A stretch of DNA of 63,484 nt, the filler included, from Sluysia triapertura (lineage: Eukaryota): the NCBI GenBank assembly GCA_046118255.1. It is 5 parts of 5 records of this genome, joined end to end, with 100 filler letters (N's around TTAATTAATTAA, not from the genome) between each part and the next. Parts side by side here need not be neighbours in the genome. Positions count along the whole stretch, not along the records: positions 38,594 to 52,302 come from JBJNIA010023843.1; positions 52,403 to 63,484 come from JBJNIA010187414.1; 3 more parts are not named here. One strand, written 5' to 3'. Under the pieces are notes generated by a model that worked only from the letters and a program-made list of their open reading frames with translations, was not told the DNA's origin and did no database searches. Both the position numbers and the translations under genes were made by a program. Below, one piece after another: positions 40,550-54,013 of this stretch. The number at the start of each line of letters is the position of its first letter. The stretch's first letter is position 1.

Positions 40550-42440
40550 GTATAGTTTGTAATAATATATTTTATTAACCTGTGAACATTACTTTTTTTA
40601 GTGCATTTATTTGAGAATTTGCTTGGTAGTGAAGTAAATATTTAGCTAAGAAAGGAAAACAATCTATGAGTAATCTCCCATTACAGAAATTATTTGCGAA
40701 ATGATCAAACTATTACCTTAATAATAGTATAAATTCCTATTAAATCTGAAAAACCTGTCCTAAAACTAAGAAACTATCCCCCAAATGTGTTGTAGTGTAT
40801 TTTGAGCAGCTTTCTTAAAATGATCACATCCTAATAATAGTTCAAAATTAACTTGATCGTCTTTTTTCACAATTGCTTTATCTACAAAATCTATTTTAAA
40901 ACCTTAGATTGCTTTATCGGAAATAGAATTTCATGCCATGCGGCTTTTATAACATTAGTATAAATACCAGAATTAGGAATATTTTTAGCTGTCTATAATC
41001 TTAATTTACCTCTTAATTCAGTTAAACTTCTAGCGTCTTAACTTGACTTTTATGTGGTAATAAAATCCATAAATTATCACCTATCCTATTCGGGTGCCAT
41101 GATATTCGAGCAGTGCATGGTTTTTGGTTTAATTTTATCATTAGGTAATAATACTCGCGTTGCTGGTTCTAAATATGTTTGTGATTTTTCATAAGTCATT
41201 GGTAAACTCCGATTCTTGTCGTATTTGCATCTCGACTTTCTTACATTTATAGGTATATAATACTTCGCCCATTAGTCGTCTGCCAATACACCTTCTAATG
41301 GTAAAAGTGGTGCTACTTTTAGTAATAGCGATTGCTGACTTAGTTCGTAAAATATCCTTATTTAGTTGACAGTCTCTTACTATCATTGCTTGATAAACTT
41401 TTTCTAGCGACATTAGTCCCAAATGATAGTAAAAGTCAATCTTATTGTTAAACTATGTGCTTCATTTTAAATTTTTAGAGTTAACTCCATTTTTCTCTTG
41501 TGGAATTATATGTTCAGACAAATAAATACCTTGGTAATTAGTCTCTGTTACTTCCTTATCATATGTAATGATTGAATTTTTTGACATAAATATTAAACCG
41601 TCTTCTTCCTTATTTGCCATAAGAATAGTAGGAGTTTATACTTCTTTCAATCTTTTTCTTTCTAAATTTTCCTTATCTATTTGTTTCTTATTTAATTCCT
41701 CAGTCGGTAATTCATGATTATTTTGAAATATGAATCCTTATACAAGATTAAACTTAATTTATTTTAAAAATATCAAGGACACTGAAACTTATTTAATTCA
41801 TAGAATAATAGAGATTATCCTGTGTCAAAACTAGTTTGATCCATTTTACAAAATGAACGTGACATCATAGTACATTTTTCTATATAAAAACTTTCATTAA
41901 AAGATTTTAAACTGGCTACATATATTTCCTGTGCAACAACATTATGATATATTTCACCTTCGTATTCTATAGAACCTCTTTCACATGTTCCATCTAATAA
42001 TACATTTCCTGCTGTCCTAACATTATAAATAATCTTTTCGTTATCTTTTGTTCTCAACTTGTCTTCCTTATTTAAATTTATATAACCGATTTCGAATGTA
42101 TCTCTACAATTATTGGGTGATATTTTCAAAGGTTTTAAAACGTTTAATATATCAATAATCGATGAGTGATTATGATGTCCACAATACCACATTACGACTG
42201 ATCGTTTAACCGAACATTAAATTAAATTACCTTTTGGTACATATTCAGTATCTTACTATCTATTGAGTCGTAACTCCGGCCAATTTTCGTGTCGAGCAAT
42301 GAAAATTCTCTACCTATTTGAGGTCTATTACAATCAAATGCCTTAATTCCATGTGTCTTATCTATGACGAACATAGCAAGAAAAATAATTACGAATAACA
42401 TATTAGTAGAATTACCTAATCTAGGAAGTATATTATTCAA
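40550..42440 (-). pseudogene. Chuvirus-type (class III, gB-like) envelope glycoprotein
   Basis: Hydrophobic signal followed by IKAFDC..FSLLD; WYCGHHNHSS; ISPNNC; AGNVLLDGTCERG; NVVAQ; DCQLNKDIL; GEVLYTYKCKKVE; NSGIYT..HEILFP; membrane-proximal FLSF..LIGIY. Same motif order as chuvirus G. Confidence 0.85.
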
Positions 42441-45400
42441 TAGGTTATCATTTGCTAATATATTTGTGAACCTATTGAGAGTTTCATTAGAGTTTAATTT
42501 ATCTCATTCTTTAATTATATTTTTCGAACCACCTTGGTTTTCAATCCATAACTCAATTTTTTTATCTACGAAATTTATTATCTTATCTACTTTCTCCTTA
42601 GTAAGAAGTTTCACTTTATTGCATTGGAGCAATGTTAAGGCAATAATGATTTTGAGATTTTCTTTGTTTAATCCAGCATAATTTGTTTACCTATTATTAA
42701 CTTATATTGTCCCGTCTATATACTCAATTACATCCTTATCTCTATATTTTTCATCTAACTGTTGCGTTAGTTGTGTAATTGCACTTTTATAATTCTTAAT
42801 CTTAGGTAATAATATTTTATACTTATCAAAACTTATTAAACTTATCCGACAAAAGTGTGTAAATTAAAATTTTCGCATCTAATTCAATTTTATTGAAATC
42901 ATAAATAATTTTCGTTAAATCTATTAGGAGTTACTAATTGATCATTATATTCTTTTCTTGGCCCGCCTAGTCTTGAGAGTATTTGTTTCCTTATTTAACG
43001 TTTCAATATGTGAGTTGTCATTTAAATCTAGTATGTAATCAGGTTGTTCATTATCTGTATCAGTAATAACATTTTTCTTAACTTCATTAACTCGAATGGG
43101 AAAGGTAATCCGTGTCCATATTAACTTTATTCGGAGTAGAATATTGTCATGAATTCCAAGAGCGTAACCATAATCATTTAAAAACTCATCGGGCGCCAGA
43201 TTTTTATCATTAAAATATAAGTATTAGAGTCATTCATTTTAATTAACTCAATAATTTCTTTAACTGGCGTAGTAACAGTTCCATTACTACACTTATTGAA
43301 TCATTAATTAATATTTTAATATTCATTAAGGTTACTTCACTTTTCTTTAGCATTCTTCTTGCTTTAACTTTATGAGGACTCTCTTCTCTACTTAATTCAA
43401 CTAAAATAGACTTAATTTTATGGCCATCTGGAAAACTTAAATGGGTCGTCTTACATAAATTTTCTAAATTAATTTCGATGTCTTCTGCTTTTAGTCGTCC
43501 TTATTTAAACACGAAAGGAATGTATTAACTTCTTTATTTGCAGTTAATTCTAATTTGTTTGCTTTCTTCTCCTCATTGACGGATACTATTATTGGTTCCG
43601 GTTCACTTCACTTTCTATAATAACTTCGTCGCTTGCATTCGAATTACTAATTTTACTTATATTTGAATTTTCATATTCACTTATGCTTGAACTTTCATTT
43701 AGCCTGATTGTTGAATTTGTTTTGAGATATTCACTCATCATTGATTCCGCATCTGCTGTGTTATCTTTTTCCAAATTGAATTCGGTACTATAATTTAAAT
43801 CATTTTCCTCAGTTGTAATCGAATTGGTGTCGGTACTCTCATCTGATGTTAAACTCAAATTGTCACTATTTTCATCTGTTTATTATTTACTTTAACTGCA
43901 TTTTATTATTTAAGTCCTTCTCGAATTCCTTATATTTCAACTCCTTTCTTTTTAAATATTTAAAACAATACACATACATATAATTTATAAATGGATCTTC
44001 TTTTTGTCTATTATACCTATCTTCATTTTCATCATTATCGTCACCGTCTAATTTTATTATAGAGAACTCATTAATAAATACATTTTATTATATTCTGTCG
44101 CTCTCCTATAGTTTTCGTCTTCGAAATCATAATCTCTGTGTGCTCCTTCATCGTAATTATTGTAACTATTTCGAATTTTATTATAATTATAATTTATTTG
44201 TCCCTTACTCTTATTCTCACTTATTAAACCTTACTTTTCTATCTGAGCTTGTCCCTCTCGAATAATCTGGTATTTTAGTAAGCTTTTTGATTAAAAGTGT
44301 CAGCTCTTAACTTCCTACAATTTCTAGCATAGTGACCTTGTTTACCACAGTTACTACATATTACATTCCCTTCTACGTTTGTCTAAGCCTTATAGTTATT
44401 ATAACTAAACTTCGCAGGATTCTTATTTCTAGTGCTACTACTATTATTTAGTCGATCACAATATTCACCAGCCGAATTTGGCACCGCGATACAAGTCTTT
44501 GTTCGTACCCAATAAAGCTTGAGGTTTTATTATAACTTTTAAAACCGAAATTATTTTTATCTTTAAAAGTCTGAAAGTTATTTTTGTTACATCTTTGAAA
44601 ATTATTAATTACTTTAATTCAATATTTATTGAATTAGTTTAAAATGAGATTTTCTTATGCAAGTACGCCATAAATCAAATATAAGTTTTCAAAAATTCCC
44701 GTATTTAATATCAATAATTATTCACCCCAAAAATTAAACTCTTTGAAATCAAATCAAAAATGACACAATAATTTACTATGAAACAAAAAATCAAAATATA
44801 ATTTATTATTATTAAAAATCTCTACTAAACAATATTCAAACTGGCTAATAATAATGTTTTTAATAATTTAATGACACTACAATATAACTAAAGAAACCAG
44901 GATTGACACAACAGACACTAAAAATATCAATATCGAGAAAGTAAAGAATAATGATGCTGCCCAAATATTTCTAGACAGCTTAACTAAACGTAATTACAAT
45001 TAAATATTATAACAAAAACTTGAGCAGAGATTCTTCCTAAAATTTAACAGTAATGTATAAATAAACTAATATTTGAAAAGTAAATTGTGTAGTGTCTCTC
45101 ACAAAACTAATTTTAAAATCCCAAAAAATAAAATACCAGATGATATTAAAATCCATTTAAAACAAATTTAATATTTTAAAACAAATTGCAAAGGGAGTCT
45201 CTCACCAAATGATTTTAAAATTCCTCAAAAACAGATGAAATAATAATGATAATAATAATCGGAATATTATAAAAATATTATAACGATATTAAAATAATAA
45301 ATTAGAATAATAAAATAATACAATATTCCTACCAAGAGCATGGATATTCTTAATTCTGCAAATCTTCTTGTGTCTTGTGTTTGTGTGATTGTGTTGTAAA

Positions 45401-47879
45401 AATTTAGAAATTATTATTTTATACTCTCTCATCATCCAATCAATTTTCATTCTCACAACCAAACACTCTCTCACACAAATCATCCAAACCTCTTTGAGAA
45501 TCAAACCAACAATAACAAATTTGACAATTAAATGGTGCGATCTGTTAAACTTCATTAGCTACAAAACTCAGAAATCTGATTTATTATCAACTATCATTTC
45601 CTTTTACTCTACCAAATCTATTTTTACTTAAATTACTTCTCGCATTAAAATAACAATCAGCAATACTATTAACATACATAAAAATAATGAATTTAGTTTC
45701 ACTTTCTATAATTTAATTAATTTTCTATTTTTCACACCCAATTTTCTAATGAAAAATGTTTTAAGGTTCTTATTGTTCTTAAATATAACAATAAACTAAA
45801 TGGAATTTCTTTTAACACCTCTAATTTCATTAAGTCTATTTCATAACTCTCTTTCATATCTTTTTTTATTTTTTCTTTTTATATTATTAAATCAAATATT
45901 AATGAAAATATACATCATCACAAACAATAACATGAGCTTCCTCGTCATCATTATTATCTCCGCAAGTAACATCACCAAATTCATCAACGCGGTCACCAAG
46001 TCAACAAAATGAAATCGAAGATAGAGTAGACAAAAGAAATAAATCCGAAAAATCACAACGGAATAATAAATCAAAGAAACATTTCTCTTTAATTGGCCAA
46101 GATTTTCCATTTCTTGGACCAGAAAGTAGTCATGAATTTGAAGATTCTGATGAAAAAGGGAAATAAAGTTTTGACAAGTCAAAGAATGAGAATTGAGATA
46201 GATATTTGTTTATAATTTTTATTTTATTATTATTATTATCAGTATTTTTAAGTAAACATTATTATTATCATTATTATCATAATTATTTTTACTATTTTTA
46301 ATTACGCTAACTGTCAATTTAGACAGTTTTTAATTATGTCTAGTTTTATTTGGTGTCATCAATTGACAACCTTGTCTTTGATAAAATTTACATTGAAATC
46401 TAAATAGCTACAAGACACTTGCTTTTATTGGCTATTAAAATTTACGTGATAATTTTATGTAATTTTTAATCGGCCACATAAAGTTGGAAAAATTAATTTG
46501 CATTTCATGTTTTTAACCACAACAATTTTAACGCAAATACTAATTAAATCTTAATCGAAAATAAATAAACGACCAAAAAAAAACAAATTTTCCAAGTTAT
46601 GTTTGATTTCAAATCTTATTATCATGTGGCTTCTAGCTCCTAAAAGTTTCAAAACAAATCCTAATACATTGACATATCTTTTACATGTTAGTTACCCGAT
46701 TCATGATCAAGTGGTATAATGCGATCAATAACATCATCAATTTCATCATGTATAACTTTTAAACGAATCTCACCAAATGAATTTGTAAAGTACGATTCAT
46801 TTAATGTATACGATTATATTCGAATATAAACATCATCGTCATCATCACTGACGTCACAACAAAACAAAACAAATATTATTATTATCTTTGAAAATTAATA
46901 TTTAATTGGATAATATTTTTTACTAGTTTACCCAAGAAAAATATTTTTATAAAAGAAGTCTTTTTTCTGCAGAAAATATCTTGTGCTATATCTTAAATAA
47001 ATATTTGTTTAAGCTTCATTACATTAGAAAGTGGGCGTCTAATCATAAACTATTATTAATTTTTGGGAGTTAACGAGTCGACTAATTTAAACAATTATTT
47101 ATAAATAATTAAAAATTAAAATAAAATTTTTCTGTAGTACATCGTTATAAATATAAATTGTAAACAGAAAACTACACTAAGACACTTGTACAAATTAACA
47201 CATTCACGGACACAAAAAATGTTGGGTTCGTGATGTGACACATTGATTTCTGATTGATTAATATCGGTTTTACTTTAGTAATGCTAATTATAATGTTTTT
47301 AGTATTTGAATGTGATTATCTGTACTAATTAGTGTGTAACTATAACCGTCCTTCCATTTTATGTGATAATAACATGACAATGACCTTTTTATTCAAAATT
47401 TAAATCATTTTTACACATGAAAAATCACAATTCATAACATTAAAATTATGTTTACATCGAAACCATTTCACATTTAATTTAAAACATTTCAAGTTCACAA
47501 TTATACAACATTCACAACATTTATATCATTGAAAAACTTTAAACTTTCATTTCAATATCAATTTTAAAATATTACATTTAAAATGGAATTTCTTTAACAT
47601 CCTCAATTTCATTCTTTTATCATTTCCAGTTAACATTTTTAACTATGTTGTTATATATTTTTAATAATACTTACCTACAATGCAAATGAATTTATATAAG
47701 TCACAAAAACAGAAAATTATGTATTTTTTTAGAAAGAAGACGAAAACTTTTAAAGAAAGATCAGAATTTAAAGAATGTATATGTTTGATGAATTTTTCTT
47801 ATATTATTTTTATTACTATTTTCATTTTTATTATTATAATTATTTTCATTTTTGTTATTGTTTAGTTTACGCCATTTTA

Positions 47880-47925
<46 letters not shown>

Positions 47926-47989
47926 GACTTTATTATAATTTATTATCATTATTATTAATTTTTATTACTATCATTTTTCCTTTCACAGT

Positions 47990-48054
47990 CTGTCATCAGT
48001 CGACAGTCTAATTAAAAATCTTGTTAACTGTCAACTAATGACAGTTGCTTAGTA
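47990..48054. repeat. Paired TGTC...GACA palindrome element, copy 2
   Basis: CTGTCatcagtcGACAG then AACTGTCAactaaTGACAGTT. Follows a (TAT)n tract, as at 8197. Confidence 0.8.
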
Positions 48055-48587
48055 AGTTAGTACATTTGTTATTTGATGCCTATTGGCCATCCAACCATTT
48101 TGCAGAGCATTTGTTGAATATAAATAAAAATAAAATTGGTTAAAAAATTGCAACAAAAAAAATAATTAAAAAGATGTGAGTGTAAAACAAATATTGATAT
48201 CATAAATTTTATTTTTACCAGTTAAAAATTTAAAAGATAAAAAACAGATAGTTAACCAAAAATTTGACTTGTGTTATAATGTACGAATTACTAAAAACGA
48301 GTCGTAAAGTGTTTCATTTCAAAACATATCCATCTCAAAATTCATCTAAGCTTAAACAAGTAATGATTAAAAACAAATGCGTATTTAGATGATCAATTTC
48401 AAATTTGTACCATTTCTCCGTGTTAATGTAAAACCCAAATCATAGATTTAAATTATTATTTCTTAGTAGAAAATAAACCTAGTTCTGCATATTCGATTGA
48501 GATTATATTGAAAAGTGACATTTGCAACAAACTCAAAATATCATTGATGTATATACTTAAATAAATTCAAATATTGATTATAATACC

Positions 48588-49306
48588 ATGAAAGTATGTT
48601 GTTCGATTGATCCACCTAAAAAATCGACAATAACTAATGTCGTTATTAGTCTATCGTATTATACGCTTCACGTTTTAATTTTTTTGAATCAACAATATCA
48701 CCACAAACTCTTGTGCACCGAACTTTGGACACGTAAGCAGAATAAATTTAAATGTAACTCTAACGAAATAATTTCTGCTAACTCATCAAAAGTTAATCAA
48801 TGCGTATCGATACTTGATTTAAGTTCATCCAATACATATTTAATGTTTACATATTTAATGTATATACATATTTATACATCAGTTTCACACATGTCAACAA
48901 CAGATTTATCAACAACTGAATTTGTAACCAATATAACTAATAATCGCAAACCTGTATGTAACCCGGAAAAGTTATATTTCTCATGACAAACAGAATGACA
49001 TCTCGTCAAAAGAATATCCCAAATGAATTTTACAAACATGGGATCTGTATTTATACTACTTTACCAGATGGAAAATTATTTGCAAACTGCAAATACGCAC
49101 ACGACATCTTCGACATTCAAATATAGCGACATTCAAATGAAGAACAGATCTTGGATAATCTCAATCTTATCATGAACATCATTTACAGTATAAACTTGGA
49201 ACCAATCAATTCAAGTCCTTACTTTAATGGTGAACTAGGAAACGTAAACCCTAATGATAATTTTAACTTTAAACATCATGTTTTAGAAGCGGAGGATGCA
49301 AAGTAA
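48588..49306 (+). pseudogene. Fragmented orphan gene, probable paralog of 8559-9760
   Basis: HGICI...KYAH..EEQILDNLNLIMNIIYSINLEPI versus CGLCI..RYSH..EDIFSNHLERMHNLLNSIQIHQV. Confidence 0.45.
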
Positions 49307-49840
49307 CAGGTTCCAACATCAACAATTCTGTCGTTCACATAAATTTAAAATTAACAATTTTAATGGATATCGTAATATGTTTTATGTTTAATAAAGGTAT
49401 CAAAACTTATTTTCATCTTATCTTTTACAGTGTTTTCTATAATAACAGTTTAATAATGATTTTCTTAATATAAATGTTTTCTTTAAATATAATCGTTTTA
49501 ATTTTATTAATAATTTTTACAATTCTAAATTCATTATTAATAACAAATTTCAATTCAATATAAATTTTAAATTTAAACCTAAATCAATATTTTATCTCTT
49601 ACTGTGGAGAGGACTTTATATATTTTAATTTTAATAAATTGTAAATTTTTTGATTTAATTTTTGTTAATAAAAAAATTAAAGTTTCCTTAACAAAAAACT
49701 ATTAAACTATTAAATCGTTTAATTTTCAAACTAGGCTAAGGCCTGTAAAAAATAACAATTTAAAACACACAACAAAATTTATTAATGCAATAACATATAG
49801 CGAAAAAAATATAAATAAACTCACAACATTATGATGAAGT

Positions 49841-50390
49841 TTAGTTGATGTTTCAGTTCCATAAGAAAATCATTTCAGTTTCACAAATAAGAAAATCATT
49901 TTCATTTAAAAATGTATCTGCATTTAAACGTTTCGTATTTTCTACAAATTTTGAACGTCGGTTTTCAGAAAATCTTCCTGTATTTATAACACCAGGCATA
50001 ATCGTATGTTTTAGTTCTTTAGTAGCAATTCGGTAAGTTAAATGAGCATAAGAAATACCATCTTCGCAATCACAACAAAACTCTTTATCATGTGCATCAA
50101 ACCATTTTTTGCTACATGAAAATCAACACATCATCAGTATTTTCACCAGATTTTTTTAATTTGAAATTTTCTGGACGTAAATAAGAGTTAATATCTTGTA
50201 TACATCCACTGCGAATATTTTGCCATAAAAACTCTAGAATAGCTGTCGGAGAACCGTTGTAGAATTGATTTAAATCATTCGATTTCAAATTAGTACAAGT
50301 AAGGCCTTCATCTCTATATACTGAGTAATACAAATTTCGGAATACAATAACAATAATTATGACACAAATAGGATTTGCTGTTTTCAACAT
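49841..50390 (-). pseudogene. Cys-rich orphan gene with one frameshift
   Basis: ORF 50112-50390 continues in another frame as SCSKKWFDAHDKEFCCDCEDGISYAHLTYRIATKELK... Confidence 0.4.
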
Positions 50391-53272
50391 ATCACAAAAA
50401 ATATAAAAAAATTAATTTTTTGTACCATTATTTTTTAAAAAGATATTAAATATATTAATGCAAAGTTGTTTTACGATGCAAATAGTAATCTGGAGAGAGT
50501 TCGCCTAACAGAAAGCGGCTTAAGTTTGAGCGACGGCGGTCTGTTAGGATTGTAAGAGAAAGATCAACTTATAGAAAATCACGTATCGGTTATTGGCTTG
50601 AGGTAAGGAGTATCTACGAAGAATCTGGAGTTATTTTAACACTGCTTTATATCTAGTTAGCCTTTTTACGGTCTAACTTTCATAAATGGAATATTAAATT
50701 ATGGTCTAATTGTTGAAAGCTCTTTATACTATTTTATTATTATTTATTATTATTACCGTCTAGCGCTTAATGATGATTTTAATAATAATACAAGAAGTTA
50801 ACCAGAAAGTTTATTATCCAAGGTATAGTTACACAAAATCGGTACAAGATACAACTGTATAAAAATAATAAGTATTTTAAAATACTTAAATTCAAATTAG
50901 TAAATTTAGTATTATGATTTTAAAGTAATGTTAACTTATCCGTATTACGGTATAAGCAAAATGCAATGATGATTTTAAGTCGGAGTTACATCTCCCTTTT
51001 ACGGTGAGAAGATATAAAATCCTATAATAAAACATCTCACTTGATACATGGAAAAATCAGCTTTTCGAAGAATAAATTATCTGGCAATTGGCTAGTGTGA
51101 AATTCTGCAAAAATCACTAGTTTTTATACAAAATTTCTAACCGCCATATTGCGGTGTTTATTAAATTTAAATAAATATTTTATTTAAACAAAATATAGTA
51201 ATTTAGTTTAACAAAACAAAAATTTAGACTTATTTTATAATTTTAATTTTTTAATTATTATTATGATTATTTTCCACATATTACATTTGACTTCTTTAAT
51301 TTTTAAATTTAATTTCTTTATTTGTTTCGTAATGATAGTAATAAACATTGTTTTATAACTAAACAAATAATAAATAAAATGAACAAATAAAATAAATAAT
51401 TGTTAAATAATATAATCAAATGTTTAATTATAATACGATAATCTGCTTTTAAATGTTAATATTGTTCCGGAATAGGTTCTGATCCTCATCCTCACAGTAG
51501 TCTTGTGTAAAATTTATTTCTACAACAGTTAAAATACGAAATAATGATGAAACAAAACATTTAAAATTAAAAAAAATAATAAGTTCTTCAAATGTATCAT
51601 GTATCGTAGCTTTCTTAACATACATTGGTATAATTAATGGTATATCTAATTTTTCAAGTCGAATAATTCTAAGAATAATCATCGAAATCTGTGATAGACG
51701 AACTTTTTCTTCCACTACCCCAACATGATATTGGTAATCTTGTTATTACGAATTTATCCATTTATCCATTTGGGAGTAATTTAACCTTGTTGCTGGACCA
51801 CAGTTTTAACAGATTTAACCGTGTTCAGACTATATCCGCACATACAGTACAATCGACTACACTGATACAACTTGAAATAGAAAATAACTGACTAAAACTA
51901 AATCTTAAACTGCATGCAATGGACATCAGAATATTTGTAATCGTTTGCTAAGATTAAAACAGAACTAAATTATAAACTATTCCTATTTCTCCAGTTTAAA
52001 ATGCCATATACTACAGGTATACATCGTGCAATGTACAGTAGTAATGTTTTTTTTCAAGTTGAATGTTTGATTATGGTAAATTTTTTTATAAAACTTTTTT
52101 CATTTTGAAAATTAAAAGTATTCGAATTTTTGTTCATTGTCATTGTCCCACTGAAAAATTTTCACTTTTTCCGCTCCATCTGAGGTCATTAATCTCTGTT
52201 CTATTAATTTAATTTTGGTGATTGACCTTTAAAGATTAGAGAATCATAAATTCAAGCTTTATCTACAATTCTAAAGTTATGAAGCTTGACCTTCTTTCAT
52301 ATNNNNNNNNNNNNNNNNNNNNNNNNNNNNNNNNNNNNNNNNNNNNTTAATTAATTAANNNNNNNNNNNNNNNNNNNNNNNNNNNNNNNNNNNNNNNNNN
52401 NNGATTTTTTATACTTATATACTATTTTGCTTTGGTTTCACAATATAAAAACCAAATAATTGCGTAAAAATATTTTGAAATTAAAAATACAAATGAGTTA
52501 AACATTTTATAACAAGAAATCAAAATGTTTAACAAGCTAGAAATAGAAGACTGTTAAACCCGTACCTTTTTTGAATCAGAATAACATGCTTCAGATAAAT
52601 ATGCTAATGAGAATAATAATATAATGCTTGAGTTAAATTAATCGTAGAACATTTGTAAATCATTTATATTTAAATATATTTATATTTTTTATATATTAAA
52701 TTAAAAGTAAAATATCTAATTATATAACTGATTATAAATACATAAAAGTCTTAAAAAATAAAAACCAAACAAAATATATTAAATACAAAAATTTGTTAAT
52801 AAACAAAATATTACGTTTTATTTATATGGCCTCGAACATTTATTATAAATATTTTGAAATATAAAACATTTTTTTATATTTAACTAAAATAAAGTATTAA
52901 TTAATATAATATTATCATCTATACTAAGATTTGGTTACCTTAGTGAAATGATTTCGAAATAAACGATTCACTGTTTTCTATGTTTTTTTAATAAATGTCT
53001 TCTAATTGAATATTGTGATATTTATAACTTAGTGGAATTGGATTAAATAGTTGAATTTTATTTTTAAATATTCTTATTCGGTCGTATTTTTAAGGATTTT
53101 ATCATAATTAGTAATGTTAAATTTATAAGAAATTTCATTAATGCCGATAATTTTACAGTTATATAAAGAACAATGTCGCATTTTAAACGTATTATTTAAC
53201 TTTTTGCCTGTATAGGACATTTTTTTTATACTTGTTAATGCAAACAAAATTAAAAATACTTGTTTTATTTAG

Positions 53273-53953
53273 ATCGGACGGATTTTTGAGTCAAGAATTG
53301 ATGATATTATGATGTCTTGCGGTTATTGTTGTGGTCGGTATTATGTTTATTTACCCCAAGTTCTCATTTGTTGTACTTCAAATATGTGTCTTATTGGTCG
53401 AGATATTGTTTACTATGCCTTTCAGAACGATAAAACGAATGGGTAATTTTGATATTAAGTAAATAAATAAAAAATAGTTAAACTTAATAAGATAGTATAT
53501 ACTAAATGAGTCAAAAATACTTAAACAGATGAAAGTAGAAGTTATTAACACTTTGGCTACCGGCTCAGTAAAAATACGTTCGTATTTCATTTGCATTTAG
53601 ATGTAGCTTTTTCATTATTTCAAACATAAAAATTGAAAAAAGGCACTACAACCCATTTATCGAGGAATATTATCGAAAAGTGCTGCTCAAGTGCCACTAT
53701 GAAGGCCATAACACGATCATCCGATCCACATTTTATCGAAGAGGTGATGCAGCTAAACCAGGTAAAAAAGATTTATTTGCTCGCAAATAGTGGAATATTT
53801 GATATTCGATGTGTAAAGATTGCAATGCTGTTCTTTGTATTGGTGAATATTTCCACTCATTTCAACCGTTAAACGAAGTTTTAAAAATTTTTTATTTCTC
53901 TCAAAAAAACGGTAACCGAAGGGTTAATAACTCTAACGTATTCATAATAATTC

Positions 53954-54013
<60 letters not shown>

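Larger units (their letters stand above)
38594..44460 (-). mobile_element. Decayed env-bearing LTR-type retroelement: gag zinc knuckle - unknown region - chuvirus-like glycoprotein - three retropepsin domains; truncated by the contig end
   Basis: CSNCGKQGHYARNC (44317-44358); glycoprotein 42440-40550; proteases at ~40380, ~39970 and ~39140. All on the minus strand and collinear. No RT, integrase or LTR seen. Confidence 0.8.

Noticed and set aside
43185-43200. PBS-like TGGCGCCCGA on the minus strand
   Set aside because: It sits inside coding-like text (NLAPDEFLNDYG) with no LTR end next to it, so it is likely coincidental.
35870-44460. RT at 36-37 kb as the pol of the env-bearing element
   Set aside because: The RT is non-LTR type (QGCP, YADD) and lies across an artificial linker.
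44466-44490. Plus-strand PBS-like TGGCACCGCG as the PBS of the env element
   Set aside because: It is on the wrong strand for that element. At most it marks a different fragment truncating gag.
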